From: Candidatus Dormibacteria bacterium
GTDB lineage: Bacteria > Chloroflexota > Dormibacteria > Aeolococcales > Aeolococcaceae
Direction: 5' to 3'
DNA: 64,000 nucleotides
Assembly (NCBI GenBank): GCA_051002895.1
Contig: JBPCLW010000042.1
Coordinates: forward strand, 199,015-263,014
The translations under genes and the position numbers were made by a program. The notes under the pieces were generated by a model. It was not told the DNA's origin. It made no database searches and worked only from the letters and a program-made list of their open reading frames with translations. Shown in pieces: positions 12,832-23,055 of this stretch. The first letter of the stretch is position 1. Each line of letters opens with the position of its first letter.

Positions 12832-13452
12832 CTAGCCCCGCGGCTCGAGGACGACAAGACGGGTGTCATCGGCGCCGGCAAGGCTCCCGGAGAGGCTGAG
12901 CTTGGGCTGGGGGGCCCAGGCATCCTCGGCGAGGCCCATCTCCTTGGCGAACTTCTCGACCGGCTCGTACCCGCCACTTCCCGCCACGATTGGGGAGCGG
13001 TAGCGAGCGGGGATAACGATGGCAGGCGATACGGCATTGACAAGCTTGGTTGCGGCGGTGGCGCCGAGAGCATCAACGCCCCCGACGGGGACGACGAGGA
13101 CGTCGATGCGGCCGAGCTCGTCAACCTCCTCCTCGGTGAGCTGCCGATTGAGGCGGCCGAGAACCGCGACGCGTACATCGTCGATGTCCAGACGAACGAT
13201 GGTGGTGTCGCCTGCGGGCAACCCATTCACCGCGACGCCCCGGACCTCGAACTCTCCAGGGCCGCTCACCTCCTGAGCCTCTCCCTCGCGCGGACGCAGG
13301 CGCTCGGGCTGCAGTTCTCCGTCCGTCCGCACAACGATGTCAGCCTTGAGCTTGCCAAGACCACTCAGAGAGTCTTGGGGTGGGTCAAGCACGACCTGGC
13401 AGTCCCGGCCGCGAAGCCGGAAGCAGGAGAGGCCGTGGTAGGTAATCTCCAT
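12832..13452 (-). CDS. MBL-fold protein (UPF0173-like) lacking metal-binding motif
   Basis: ITYHGLSCF...LDP, GPGEFEV.GV, IDVLVVPVGG, P..VIP.. fold pattern; no HxHxDH. Confidence 0.75.
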   Translation of the reverse strand: MEITYHGLSCFRLRGRDCQVVLDPPQDSLSGLGKLKADIVVRTDGELQPERLRPREGEAQEVSGPGEFEVRGVAVNGLPAGDTTIVRLDIDDVRVAVLGRLNRQLTEEEVDELGRIDVLVVPVGGVDALGATAATKLVNAVSPAIVIPARYRSPIVAGSGGYEPVEKFAKEMGLAEDAWAPQPKLSLSGSLAGADDTRLVVLEPRG

Positions 13453-13488
13453 CGCGAGCGATGCTACCACCGCGCCGCTGAGCAGCTG

Positions 13489-14619
13489 TCAGCGGGTGCT
13501 GCCGACGATGACGACGACCGTGCGTGACGCACCGGCGGTGCCGACTATCACCTGGAGCTGCTGCCCCGCTTCGACACCGAGCGCCGTGGCATCAAACGGC
13601 TTTGCCGGGCCGATGGGTACTCCATTCACCGCGGTGACGATGTCGCCCGACCTGATACCGGCCCTCGCAGCGGGGCCATCGGGATCAATGGACCGCACCA
13701 GCGCCCCCCCCGCCAGCCCGGCGGCGGCGGCGGCGGCCGGATCGAGGATCGCCGAGTCGGCGCCCAAGGTCGCGCGGTTGCTGTGCGCGCCCGACCCAGC
13801 ACTGCCGGCCAGCGCCGCCGCTGCCGCCCCGGACAGCGCAATGAGCCCCGCCGGTGGGGTGGCCGCAGTGATCGCCACCACCACGCCGATGACCTTGCCG
13901 GTGCCGTCCACCACCGGCGCACCGTCTGCTTGGGGTTCGGGGCTGGCGTTTACGGTGAGGGCGTCGACAACCGAGATGTTGGCGGATCGGTCGATCTCCA
14001 CGGCCCGTCCCGTGGAACTCACGGTGCCCACCCCAAGTGAGCTGGTGGCACCGAGCGGCGGACGAGAAATCGCCAGGGCGAGATCTCCCGGAGTCGGCGC
14101 CGACGCCGCGAAACTGAGTGGGCTGAGCCCGCTGGCACCGGTGGCGCGGATCGCCACCAGGCCGTGCGCGACATCGGTAGTGATCACTTGAGCGTCATAG
14201 GCGTGACCGTCCGCGGTGCCGACGCGGAGGCGAGTGGCCCCCTGCAATGCGTGGGCGCTGGTGACAACGAGCCCGTCAGCACTCACCACGAATCCGTTGA
14301 CGAGGCCGGCACTGCTGTCGAGGAGACCGCTCGCCGCCACCGGCCGGGTGGCGATGGTCACCAGCGACGGACGGGTGGCGGCGGCGATGTCGTTGACGTT
14401 GCGCGCGCCACCCCCACTCCCGTTGAGATCCCTGATCGGGGTGGAGACGATCTGCTGCACCGGACCGAACCGGCTGTACACCGCCCAAGCGCCCAGGCCA
14501 CCTCCGATACAACCGATGACCGCGCTGAGCACCACCGCGGCGAGCAGTCGCGGGCCACCGCGCCGACGCTCGGTGTCAGAGGGCGCTGCCTCCGGCTTCT
14601 GCGTGGCTGCCTCGCTCAT
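13489..14619 (-). CDS. Membrane-anchored HtrA/S1C protease homologue with PDZ domain, triad degenerate
   Basis: TM helix, GFVVSADGLVVTSAH, G.VIGV, PDZ GPAARAGIRSGDIVTAVNG. Confidence 0.82.
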   Translation of the reverse strand: MSEAATQKPEAAPSDTERRRGGPRLLAAVVLSAVIGCIGGGLGAWAVYSRFGPVQQIVSTPIRDLNGSGGGARNVNDIAAATRPSLVTIATRPVAASGLLDSSAGLVNGFVVSADGLVVTSAHALQGATRLRVGTADGHAYDAQVITTDVAHGLVAIRATGASGLSPLSFAASAPTPGDLALAISRPPLGATSSLGVGTVSSTGRAVEIDRSANISVVDALTVNASPEPQADGAPVVDGTGKVIGVVVAITAATPPAGLIALSGAAAAALAGSAGSGAHSNRATLGADSAILDPAAAAAAGLAGGALVRSIDPDGPAARAGIRSGDIVTAVNGVPIGPAKPFDATALGVEAGQQLQVIVGTAGASRTVVVIVGSTR

Positions 14620-14623
14620 GCCC

Positions 14624-15550
14624 TCACCGCGCCTCAGTTCGCTTCTGCAAGTAGCGCACGATTCCTGCGGCATTGCTGTGGACTCCGTTGAGGATCTCAA
14701 AGCGCTCGAGTAACTCCGGCGCCAGACCATCGGGCGCCTGCGCGAAGCGGTCGGCCAGTGCCGCGGCGACGTCGGTCATGCCGGCCTCAGCGCTCCCCCG
14801 GATGACCTCGGCGGCGACCTCCACCCATTGCCGGAGGGACTCCCCCGCCTCCACAAGGGTCGCATCGGGGTCGGCGACCGGGCCATAGTGAGTCAGGACC
14901 ACCTGTTGTGGCCGCAGCTGGCGAAAACGCTCCAGACTGGCGAGCGCCTGCTCGAGGTCGAAGTCTGGGGGCGGAGTTGCTGGGCGCAGCCCGACGCCGA
15001 GGTCGGGAAGGTCGACCCCCACGGCATCCCCAACGAGCAGCGTCCCCGTGTTCTCATCGAGAACCGCATGGTGATGCTGGGCGTGACCGGGAGAGTCCAC
15101 CAGGCGAAGGTGACGACCATTGCCGATGTCGAGAATGTGCCCGTCAGGGGCAGCGACGACCCTCTCCTTGGCGACCGGAAGCATCCTCCCATAGAGCCCA
15201 TCGAGGAGCGGGCCGTATACCCGCGACGCGGAGTCGATGAGCCGCGAGGGATCAATGAGGTGACGAGCGCCCCGCTCGTGGACAACGACGGTGGCATTGG
15301 GAAAGGCCGCGGCGACATCACCCACGGCGCCTGCGTGGTCGAGATGGATGTGAGTGACCACCAGCCAGCGCAGATCCTCCGGCCCAAGCCCGACGTCGCG
15401 CAACTGCGTCACCACACCCCCCGCGGAACTCTGCGACCCCGTCTCCACCAGTGCCGGCTGCGGGCCCTCGATGAGGAATCCGGCAGTCATGTGTTCCATG
15501 CCGCCGAGCAGGGTGTCGAACTGGTGAATTCCCGGCGCGATCTCCTCCAT
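14624..15550 (-). CDS. MBL-fold metallo-hydrolase (intact)
   Basis: THIHLDHAG, SPGH, GDAVG, LTHYG ligands all present. Confidence 0.92.
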   Translation of the reverse strand: MEEIAPGIHQFDTLLGGMEHMTAGFLIEGPQPALVETGSQSSAGGVVTQLRDVGLGPEDLRWLVVTHIHLDHAGAVGDVAAAFPNATVVVHERGARHLIDPSRLIDSASRVYGPLLDGLYGRMLPVAKERVVAAPDGHILDIGNGRHLRLVDSPGHAQHHHAVLDENTGTLLVGDAVGVDLPDLGVGLRPATPPPDFDLEQALASLERFRQLRPQQVVLTHYGPVADPDATLVEAGESLRQWVEVAAEVIRGSAEAGMTDVAAALADRFAQAPDGLAPELLERFEILNGVHSNAAGIVRYLQKRTEAR

Positions 15551-15581
15551 GGCGCCGGTCAGCGTAAACGAGCCGGGTCTC

Positions 15582-18500
15582 TCACGGGGTCGCCGATGGC
15601 GGGGGCGAAGCCCCCGGGAGCAGATCACGCAACTTCTTAGCGTCGTCCTTTACTTTGGCCTGCTCCGATCCAGCGGTCGCAAGGTCACCCTTGGCATAGG
15701 CGGCATCCACATTGGCCTGATGTTGGAGGAGATCGTTCAGCAGTGCGAGCTCTTGGGGAGTGAGATTCTGGCTGGGCCCAGGGGTTGCCCCTGGCGCAGG
15801 GGTTGGCGTCGTTGTTCCCGGTGAGGGGGTGGCGGTGGGCGACGGCGACGGCGTCCCCCCCGAAATGGGCAGAGGCAGGCCCGGGATTGGCTCCTTGGTC
15901 TTGAACAGATCCTGGAGCGCTGATGGGAAGTCATCCCCATAGCCGATGGCGTTCTGGGTTCCGACAATGATGTGGAGCAACTGCGGGAACGTTCCGCCGC
16001 CACTACTGCTGTTCGCCAGAACATAGAACGGCCGCACATAGAGGAAGGAGTTGTTGTTGAAGGGCAGCGTGATGACGTTGCCGAGGATGACCTTGGATCC
16101 CCGCTGCCCCAACAGGGTGATGTCCCGGCTGATCGCTTGGTTGGTGTTGATGTTGTTGTCGAATTGCAGAGGGCCGAGAACGTTGGCGGCGTTGTTGAGC
16201 GGGACGGCGATGAGCTTGGGGTGGTTGGTCACGGTGTAGTCGCTCTCCGCCGCCAGCCACGCCGTCATATTGTTCGCCGGCGTGCCGTTGCCGCTCTGGC
16301 CCGGACTGAAGGTCTGGAGGAGAACGAACTCCGGCTTGTTCGCACCCGGCGGTGTGATCTCGACGTAGTACGCCTGACTGGGCTGTTTATTGGAACTCCC
16401 GCTGTTGTCGGTGACGTACTCGTCCGCGGGGCGATACAGATCGTTCTTGTTGAAGTAGGCGCCGGCATCGGTGACGTGCACCGCTGCGTAGGCTTGGACC
16501 TGTGCCTGGAAAAGATCCTCCGGATATCGGAGGTGCTGCTTGAGGGTAAGCGGCATCTCGCCGAGCGGCGTGAGCAGCCCCGGATAGATCGCGTTCCATG
16601 CGGCGGTCAGCGGCTCGTTGAGGTCGACGGCGTAGAGGGTGACCGCACAGGTGCGGGCATCAACCACCGCCTTGACAGAATTCCGCATGTACGAGGTGCC
16701 GTCGCTCTGGCGGAAGGACTCAGGAAACCGGTCCGTCTTGACATATCCGTCGGCGATCCAGACGAGATGATTGCTCGCCGGATCGGCGACGAGATAGGGG
16801 TCCTGGTCGAGAGTGAGGAAGGGCGCCACGGTCTGGACCCGATCCTTGATCTCCCGGTGCAGGAGCACACGGCTGTCGCCGGTCACCGAGTTGGTGAGGA
16901 AGAGGTCGAGTCCCCCGAATTGGCTGATCGAGGTGGCCAACTTGTCGAGGCCGCTGATGGGGAATCCGGCCATGCCGGGACCGGCGTGGTTAGTCTTGTC
17001 GACACTGCCCACCGGATAATCGAACTCATCCTGGCTGGTGTTGACGACCACCGGCTGGGTGGTCGACGCGCCGCAATAGAGACGAGGGTCGCCCTGCTTG
17101 CTGCCGTTGAACGTGAGCGCGGCCGGCGCGTCCGGGGCAACCTGGGACAGCGGCTGGCCGCCGGCGAGAATGGCCGGCTTGCCCTCTGCTCCGATGCGGT
17201 TGACGGACACAGCAGTGATGCCATAGCCGTGGGTGTAGATGAGGCCCTTGCTGATGAAGTTCTGGTTGGGAAGGTCGGCTTCGGCCACCTCGCGGGGACC
17301 AAGCATCACCTGGCTTTCTGTCCCATCAGCGTTCCGGTAGCGATCGACGGTGATGGTCGGATAGTTCTGATAGCTCCGGCTCCGGTCGATCTGCGCGAAC
17401 GTGTCGGGGAGCTGCCGATAGTCCTGGATGCGCACGTTGCGCAGCGTTCCCGGGTCCGCCGCAATGTCGGCGAGGGTGGGCGCGGCGACGTTGCCGAATG
17501 GCCGGGTGGAGATGTCGAAGTTGGAGGGGTTGGTCTCCTTGGTATTGAGGCCCCAGGCATACCTGCTTGTCGAGAGAAAGTCGACGATGGGGTCCTTCTG
17601 CGCCGATTGGGCGTTGGGGTTCACCGTCGTCGACTGGTAGATCGCGCCGGGGACGCTCTGCAGCAGACCGGAACCGGCGAGCCAGACCACCATGAGGGCA
17701 ATGAGCGCTGCGCCCGTCCCCCGCGAGGCGGCGCGGCGGCGGGTGACAACGATGATCAGCGCGAAGACCGCAAACGCCAGCGCGGCGATCTGAAGGAAGC
17801 CGAACACCGGACGGTTGACGTTTCGCTGGCTAGCGTCAAGCCCGACGTACGAGGGATCGTGCGTCGCTGTCGCCAGATGGTAGACACCAAAGTGAGCCCC
17901 CAGCGACGCCAGGACGAAGACACCCACCAGGGCGATGCCGACGTGGAGCAGACCGAGGCGCAAGCCCTGCTCTGCAGTGCGGCCCTTCACCGGGTTGAGC
18001 GGGAAGTCGATCTCGTCGGGGGCGTTGATGACGACAGCCGAGAAGACCGTCAACCCCACCGCGCCAACGAGGCCGATGATGACGCCTCCCCAGAGCAAGG
18101 CCGAAAACGCGTCGACGACCGGCAGCGTGAAGACGAAGAACCCGAAGTCCTGGTGGAAGACCGGGTCCTGGGCACCGAAGGACTGGCCATGGAGGAAGAG
18201 CAGGACCTCCTGCCACTGTCCCGCCAGCGAACTCCCTCCAGCGATGCCTGCGACAACCGCGATGCCGATTCCCACCCATTTCGCCACCCGGGCTGCGCGC
18301 TCATCCAGGCAGGAGGCGATTCGAACCCAAAGCGGAACGCTCAGACCGATGAGGCCGGCGAGGATCGCGAAGCCGATGAGGAAGAGCACACCCTCGGTGA
18401 TGAGCGGCGTCCAAAAGACATTGCTGTGACCAAGGCTGTCGAGGAAGAGAAAGTTGACCCGCTGACCGAGCAGAGACGCTGCGGCAATGAAGACAGCGAT

Positions 18501-18653
18501 CGTGACCACCAGAATGATGCCGGCGATGCGGCGGCCGCGGGACGGCGGCCGGCGGTTGAGGACGCGAGGCCGACGCCGCTTGAAGAACTGCTCAGGGTCG
18601 AAGCCGAAGGAGGTCACAAGGCGGGAGTGTAGGTCTTTCTCGCCCGCGGACAC
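15582..18653 (-). CDS. UPF0182-family membrane protein (start may be GTG at 18617)
   Basis: DPVFHQDFGFFVF.LP, YTHGYG, APFL.LD.DPY, Y.RNSVKAVVDA, HLRYPEDLF motifs; Pro/Thr-rich tail. Confidence 0.92.
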   Translation of the reverse strand: MSAGEKDLHSRLVTSFGFDPEQFFKRRRPRVLNRRPPSRGRRIAGIILVVTIAVFIAAASLLGQRVNFLFLDSLGHSNVFWTPLITEGVLFLIGFAILAGLIGLSVPLWVRIASCLDERAARVAKWVGIGIAVVAGIAGGSSLAGQWQEVLLFLHGQSFGAQDPVFHQDFGFFVFTLPVVDAFSALLWGGVIIGLVGAVGLTVFSAVVINAPDEIDFPLNPVKGRTAEQGLRLGLLHVGIALVGVFVLASLGAHFGVYHLATATHDPSYVGLDASQRNVNRPVFGFLQIAALAFAVFALIIVVTRRRAASRGTGAALIALMVVWLAGSGLLQSVPGAIYQSTTVNPNAQSAQKDPIVDFLSTSRYAWGLNTKETNPSNFDISTRPFGNVAAPTLADIAADPGTLRNVRIQDYRQLPDTFAQIDRSRSYQNYPTITVDRYRNADGTESQVMLGPREVAEADLPNQNFISKGLIYTHGYGITAVSVNRIGAEGKPAILAGGQPLSQVAPDAPAALTFNGSKQGDPRLYCGASTTQPVVVNTSQDEFDYPVGSVDKTNHAGPGMAGFPISGLDKLATSISQFGGLDLFLTNSVTGDSRVLLHREIKDRVQTVAPFLTLDQDPYLVADPASNHLVWIADGYVKTDRFPESFRQSDGTSYMRNSVKAVVDARTCAVTLYAVDLNEPLTAAWNAIYPGLLTPLGEMPLTLKQHLRYPEDLFQAQVQAYAAVHVTDAGAYFNKNDLYRPADEYVTDNSGSSNKQPSQAYYVEITPPGANKPEFVLLQTFSPGQSGNGTPANNMTAWLAAESDYTVTNHPKLIAVPLNNAANVLGPLQFDNNINTNQAISRDITLLGQRGSKVILGNVITLPFNNNSFLYVRPFYVLANSSSGGGTFPQLLHIIVGTQNAIGYGDDFPSALQDLFKTKEPIPGLPLPISGGTPSPSPTATPSPGTTTPTPAPGATPGPSQNLTPQELALLNDLLQHQANVDAAYAKGDLATAGSEQAKVKDDAKKLRDLLPGASPPPSATP

Positions 18654-18677
18654 CGCCGATGAACGGGCTCCGCTTGT

Positions 18678-18974
18678 TCAGCGACGCTGAAGCAGTAGCC
18701 GCACGTCGAAGGGATCGCGACGCCGGCGAATGCGCCGGGACGCCTCGGGCCGAACCTGCACCATGTAGGGCTCCTGATGACGGAGCACCTCCTCAATGGC
18801 CTCGGCAATGAGCATCCCCGCCTGAACCGTGGGCACGCGCTCTGCCAGCGCATCCGCCATGCGATCCGTCACCAGCGTCAGATCGAGTTCATGTGCCTGC
18901 TCGAGTAGGTTCAGGCAGTCATCGAGGCGACGCAGCCGAACGCGCCGCTCCTCTCCCCCATCCGGCTGGATCAT
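18678..18974 (-). CDS. Hypothetical protein (paralogue of 45899..46327)
   Basis: 98 aa from MIQPDG; TACTTT -10 hexamer 7 nt before ATG; shares motif with a second ORF. Confidence 0.7.
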   Translation of the reverse strand: MIQPDGGEERRVRLRRLDDCLNLLEQAHELDLTLVTDRMADALAERVPTVQAGMLIAEAIEEVLRHQEPYMVQVRPEASRRIRRRRDPFDVRLLLQRR

Positions 18975-19023
18975 GAGCCAGAAAGTACCCCAAAACCACC
19001 GAGCCGGGTATCCGCCTCGAACC

Positions 19024-22000
19024 TCAGGCGGAAGCCGCCGCCCGCTGCCGCCGGGCCGCAACCCGGCGATCTGGGGTGCTGCGGGGGGGCGCCGCTGACG
19101 GTGTCTTGCCGAGGATCCGTCCGAGGTATTCACCGGTCGCACTGCGCGGCTCCCGGGCGACGTCCTCCGGGGTACCCGTCACCAGGACCTCGCCGCCCCC
19201 GTCGCCGCCATCGGGGCCGAGGTCGACGAGCCAGTCCGCGGTCTTGATGACATCGAGGTTGTGCTCGATGACGATGACCGTGTTGCCGGCGTCGACGAGC
19301 CGGTGGAGCACGAAGAGGAGGCGCTCGACGTCAGCGAAGTGCAGTCCGGTGGTGGGCTCATCGAGGATGTAGAGGGTTCGTCCCGTGTCCCGCCGAGAGA
19401 GCTCCGTAGAGAGTTTGACCCGCTGCGCCTCACCGCCAGAGAGTTGCGTTGCCGGCTGGCCGAGTCGGATGTAGCCAAGGCCGACGTCCTGGAGGGTCGT
19501 CAGCCTGCGCAGGATCCTCGGCTGATTGGCGAAGAGTTCTCCGGCCTCGTCGACGGTCATGGCGAGCACGTCGGCAATCGACCTGCCCCGGAATTTCACC
19601 TCGAGCGCCTCCTTGTTGTATCGACGCCCCTTGCAGACCTCGCAGGCAACATAAATATCGGGCAGGAAATGCATCTCGATCTTGATCATTCCGTCGCCAG
19701 CGCAGTTCTCGCAGCGGCCGCCGGCGACGTTGAAGGAGAAGCGCCCCGGCTTGTAGCCGCGGACCTTCGCCTCGGGCAGCTTCGCGAAGAGGTCGCGGAT
19801 GTCGGTAAACATCCCCACGTAGGTCGCAGGATTGCTCCGCGGGGTGCGGCCGATGGGGGATTGATCGACATCGATGACCTTGTCGATGTGCTTCATGCCG
19901 TCAACGCCCGCATGAGCACCGGGCCGCTGCTTCGCCTTATAGAGAGACTGGGCGAGACGGCGGTAGAGGATGTCGTTGACCAGTGTGGACTTACCGCTAC
20001 CGCTGACCCCGGTAACGCACGTGAAGGTGCCGAGGGGGAAACGTGCGTCGACGTCCTTGAGATTGTTCTCCGTGGCACCGCGAACGGTCAGATCCCTGCC
20101 GGTTCCGGTCCTGCGCTTGGCGGGGATAGCCACTGCCCGCTCCCCACGCATGAACTGCGCAGTAATGCTGTCTCTGCTTCTCAGCACATCGTCGAGCGGT
20201 CCGGAGGCGACGATGTGACCACCATGCTCGCCGGCTCCAGGACCAACATCGACGACCCAGTCGGCCGCCCGGATGGTTTCCTCGTCGTGCTCCACGACGA
20301 GGAGGGTATTGCCGATGTCGCGCAACGCCACGAGCGTGGCTAGGAGTTTGTGGTTGTCGCGTTGATGGAGGCCGATGGAGGGTTCGTCAAGGATGTAGAG
20401 GACCCCCATCAGCTTGCTGCCAATCTGGGTGGCCAGGCGAATGCGCTGCGCCTCACCCCCCGAGAGGGTGGCCGCTCCTCGGTCGACGGTGAGGTAATCA
20501 AGGCCGACGTCGTGGAGAAAGCCGAGGCGGTCGCGGATCTCCTTGAGAACCTGGGTGACGATGGTCTGCTCACGGTCGCTGATTCGCAGGGTCTCGAGCC
20601 GGCGCAGTGCAGCGAGGACCGAATGCCCGCAGAAATCCATGATCGACATGCCGTCGACCGTCACCGCCAGATACTCCGGCTTCAGACGTCCGCCGTTGCA
20701 AGCAGGACAGGGCTTCTGCATCATGAGACGCTCGATCTCCTGCTTCACCCAGTCCGACTCCGTTTCCCGGTAGCGGCGCTGCAGATTGGGTATCACGCCC
20801 TCGTAGTTGGCATCGTAGGAGTGGCTGCGGCCGGAGTTGGAGACGTAGCGCATGCGGATCGTCTCCTCCTTGGGCAACCCATAGAGGATGACCCTCTGCT
20901 CCTTGCTGGCGAGGTCGCGCCAGGCAACGTTCATGGGGATCTTGAAGCGGCGGCAGACGGCACGGAGCACGTCGAGCATCCAGATCTGCGACGGTCCCTT
21001 GGTCCAGCCCGAGAGGGCCCCCCCGTCGATGGTCAGGCCGGGGTCGGGAACGACGCTTTCGGGGTCGACCTCCATGCGCATCCCGAGTCCGGTGCAATCC
21101 GGGCAGGCGCCATGAGGCGAGTTGAAGGAGAAGTTCCGTGGAGCCGGCTCCTCCATGGAAATGCCGCAGTAGACGCACGCGTAGTCCTGGCTGAAGAGTT
21201 GCTCCCCAAGCGCTAGAGCGCTTGGGGTCGCCTCGTCTTCAACAGAGGGACCCGGTCGCCCCTTGTCGGCACCCACCAGGGGGCTCGGGGGGGCCCCCTG
21301 GTCCGCCTCGCGGGGTGAGACCGCGCCGGGTAACGGCTGGTCAACCGGGATCAGGAGGATCAGGCCATCGCTCAGCTTCGCCGCCTGCTCCAGGGAGTCC
21401 GAGAGTCGCGAGCGAACCTCCCCGGAGAGGGCGATGCGATCGACGATGACCTCGATGTCGTGCTTGTACTTCTTGTCGAGGGTGAACTTCTCGCTGAGGT
21501 CGCGGATCTCGCCGTCGACGCGCACGCGAACGTAGCCCTTGCGCCGCGCCTCCTCGAAGATCTCCCGGTGTTCACCTTTGCGGCTCTGCACCATGGGCGC
21601 GCTCACCAGCAGGCGCGTCCCCTTGGGGTAGGAGAGGACCTGATCAGTGATCTGTTCCAGTGACTGCTTGCTGATCTCCCGACCGCAGTTCGGACAGTGG
21701 GGATGCCCGATGCGCGCGTACATGAGCCGCAGGTAGTCGTAAATCTCGGTGACGGTCCCCACCGTCGAACGTGGATTCTTGCTGGTGCCCTTCTGGTCGA
21801 TGGAGATGGCGGGCGAGAGGCCGTCGATGTGGTCGACATCGGGCTTCTCCATCTGACCGAGGAACTGCCTCGCATACGCGGAGAGGGACTCCACGTAACG
21901 CCGCTGTCCCTCCGCGTAGATGGTGTCGAAAGCAAGGCTCGATTTCCCGCTCCCCGAGAGTCCGGTGATGACGATGAGACGGTCACGGGGGAGGCTGAGA

Positions 22001-22059
22001 TCGACGCCCTTGAGGTTATGCTCGCGAGCACCGCGGATCTCGATTCGGTCGTGGGGCAT
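19024..22059 (-). CDS. uvrA: Excinuclease ABC subunit A
   Basis: Two Walker A motifs ([16 protein letters not shown]), Zn fingers, LSGGEAQR twice. Confidence 0.99.
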   Translation of the reverse strand: MPHDRIEIRGAREHNLKGVDLSLPRDRLIVITGLSGSGKSSLAFDTIYAEGQRRYVESLSAYARQFLGQMEKPDVDHIDGLSPAISIDQKGTSKNPRSTVGTVTEIYDYLRLMYARIGHPHCPNCGREISKQSLEQITDQVLSYPKGTRLLVSAPMVQSRKGEHREIFEEARRKGYVRVRVDGEIRDLSEKFTLDKKYKHDIEVIVDRIALSGEVRSRLSDSLEQAAKLSDGLILLIPVDQPLPGAVSPREADQGAPPSPLVGADKGRPGPSVEDEATPSALALGEQLFSQDYACVYCGISMEEPAPRNFSFNSPHGACPDCTGLGMRMEVDPESVVPDPGLTIDGGALSGWTKGPSQIWMLDVLRAVCRRFKIPMNVAWRDLASKEQRVILYGLPKEETIRMRYVSNSGRSHSYDANYEGVIPNLQRRYRETESDWVKQEIERLMMQKPCPACNGGRLKPEYLAVTVDGMSIMDFCGHSVLAALRRLETLRISDREQTIVTQVLKEIRDRLGFLHDVGLDYLTVDRGAATLSGGEAQRIRLATQIGSKLMGVLYILDEPSIGLHQRDNHKLLATLVALRDIGNTLLVVEHDEETIRAADWVVDVGPGAGEHGGHIVASGPLDDVLRSRDSITAQFMRGERAVAIPAKRRTGTGRDLTVRGATENNLKDVDARFPLGTFTCVTGVSGSGKSTLVNDILYRRLAQSLYKAKQRPGAHAGVDGMKHIDKVIDVDQSPIGRTPRSNPATYVGMFTDIRDLFAKLPEAKVRGYKPGRFSFNVAGGRCENCAGDGMIKIEMHFLPDIYVACEVCKGRRYNKEALEVKFRGRSIADVLAMTVDEAGELFANQPRILRRLTTLQDVGLGYIRLGQPATQLSGGEAQRVKLSTELSRRDTGRTLYILDEPTTGLHFADVERLLFVLHRLVDAGNTVIVIEHNLDVIKTADWLVDLGPDGGDGGGEVLVTGTPEDVAREPRSATGEYLGRILGKTPSAAPPRSTPDRRVAARRQRAAASA

Positions 22060-22175
22060 GACGCTCCACTGTAGCGAGAGCGACCCAGAGGACGGCCCAC
22101 CTCAGGTGCCGGGGCATCATCCCCAGACCGGCGAACCCCAAGCATCAAGGTTACCCGCAGGCACAAGATGGCCTG

Positions 22176-22997
22176 GTGAGCGATCAGGAGCTCCCGCTGG
22201 TGGGCGGTGACGTGACGGATGGGCTTGTACGTGTCGGCAACACGGTGCGACGTCCGCGCCAAGGTCATTCGAAGAGCGTGGCTGCCTATTTGCGCCACCT
22301 ACAGGCCGTGGGCTTCACCGCCGCGCCACGACATCTCGGGGTCGACGTCCAGGGGCGGGACATCCTCGACTACATCGATGGTGACGTGCCCTCATCCGAA
22401 CCCGAGGCTTGGTCAACCACCGACCACGTTCTCGTGGAGATCGCGCGGTTCCTGCGCCGCCTGCACGACGCTTCGTCAGGATTCGTGGCGCCCCCGGGGG
22501 CACGCTGGTTTGGTGACGATATCCGTGTCCTCGACATGCCCACCCAGTTGGAGATCCTCTTCGACATCCCGGAACTCGTCACCCACTGCGACGTCACCCC
22601 TCAGAACGTCGTCTTCCGCCAGGGCGTGCCGGTGGGAATCATCGACTTTGACCTCACCCGACCGACGACCCGACTGCTCGACGTCATCAACACCGCCATG
22701 CACTGGGTGCCTCTGACGGACCCCGACGACCGTGCGGAGCCCCTCGCCAGCGTCGACGCGCCGGCTCGGCTGCGGGCATTCGTCACCGCCTACGGTCTCA
22801 GCGCGAACGAACGATCGCGCTTCCTGGACCTAGCGAATCGCGCGGCACAGCGCAGCTGGCACCGCATGCGCGCCAACTCCGAGCAGCTCGGCGGCGGCTG
22901 GCGTCACCTGTGGGACGAGGGAGTCGGCGACCGGATCCTCCGCCGCCGGGATTGGCTCACCGCCGAACGCGTCGTCCTGGAACACGCCCTCCGCTGA
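22176..22997 (+). CDS. Aminoglycoside phosphotransferase/choline kinase-like protein
   Basis: V.R.G.TVRRP, HCDVTPQN, IIDFD motifs. Confidence 0.85.
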   Translation: MSDQELPLVGGDVTDGLVRVGNTVRRPRQGHSKSVAAYLRHLQAVGFTAAPRHLGVDVQGRDILDYIDGDVPSSEPEAWSTTDHVLVEIARFLRRLHDASSGFVAPPGARWFGDDIRVLDMPTQLEILFDIPELVTHCDVTPQNVVFRQGVPVGIIDFDLTRPTTRLLDVINTAMHWVPLTDPDDRAEPLASVDAPARLRAFVTAYGLSANERSRFLDLANRAAQRSWHRMRANSEQLGGGWRHLWDEGVGDRILRRRDWLTAERVVLEHALR

Positions 22998-23055
22998 CGC
23001 AGAAAGAGCCGCCGGCATGCTCGCCGACGGCTCTTTCCATGTGTACAACCTGCGC

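Noticed and set aside
15601-15615. GGGGGCGAAGCCCCC REP-like hairpin
   Set aside because: Single copy seen, inside coding sequence (PGASP); no U-tract
15972-18632. 886-aa plus-strand ORF and similar long antisense ORFs (e.g. 11358..12899, 33089..34444, 37921..39378, 42886..44346)
   Set aside because: Antisense shadows of well-supported genes in high-GC DNA; no recognisable motifs
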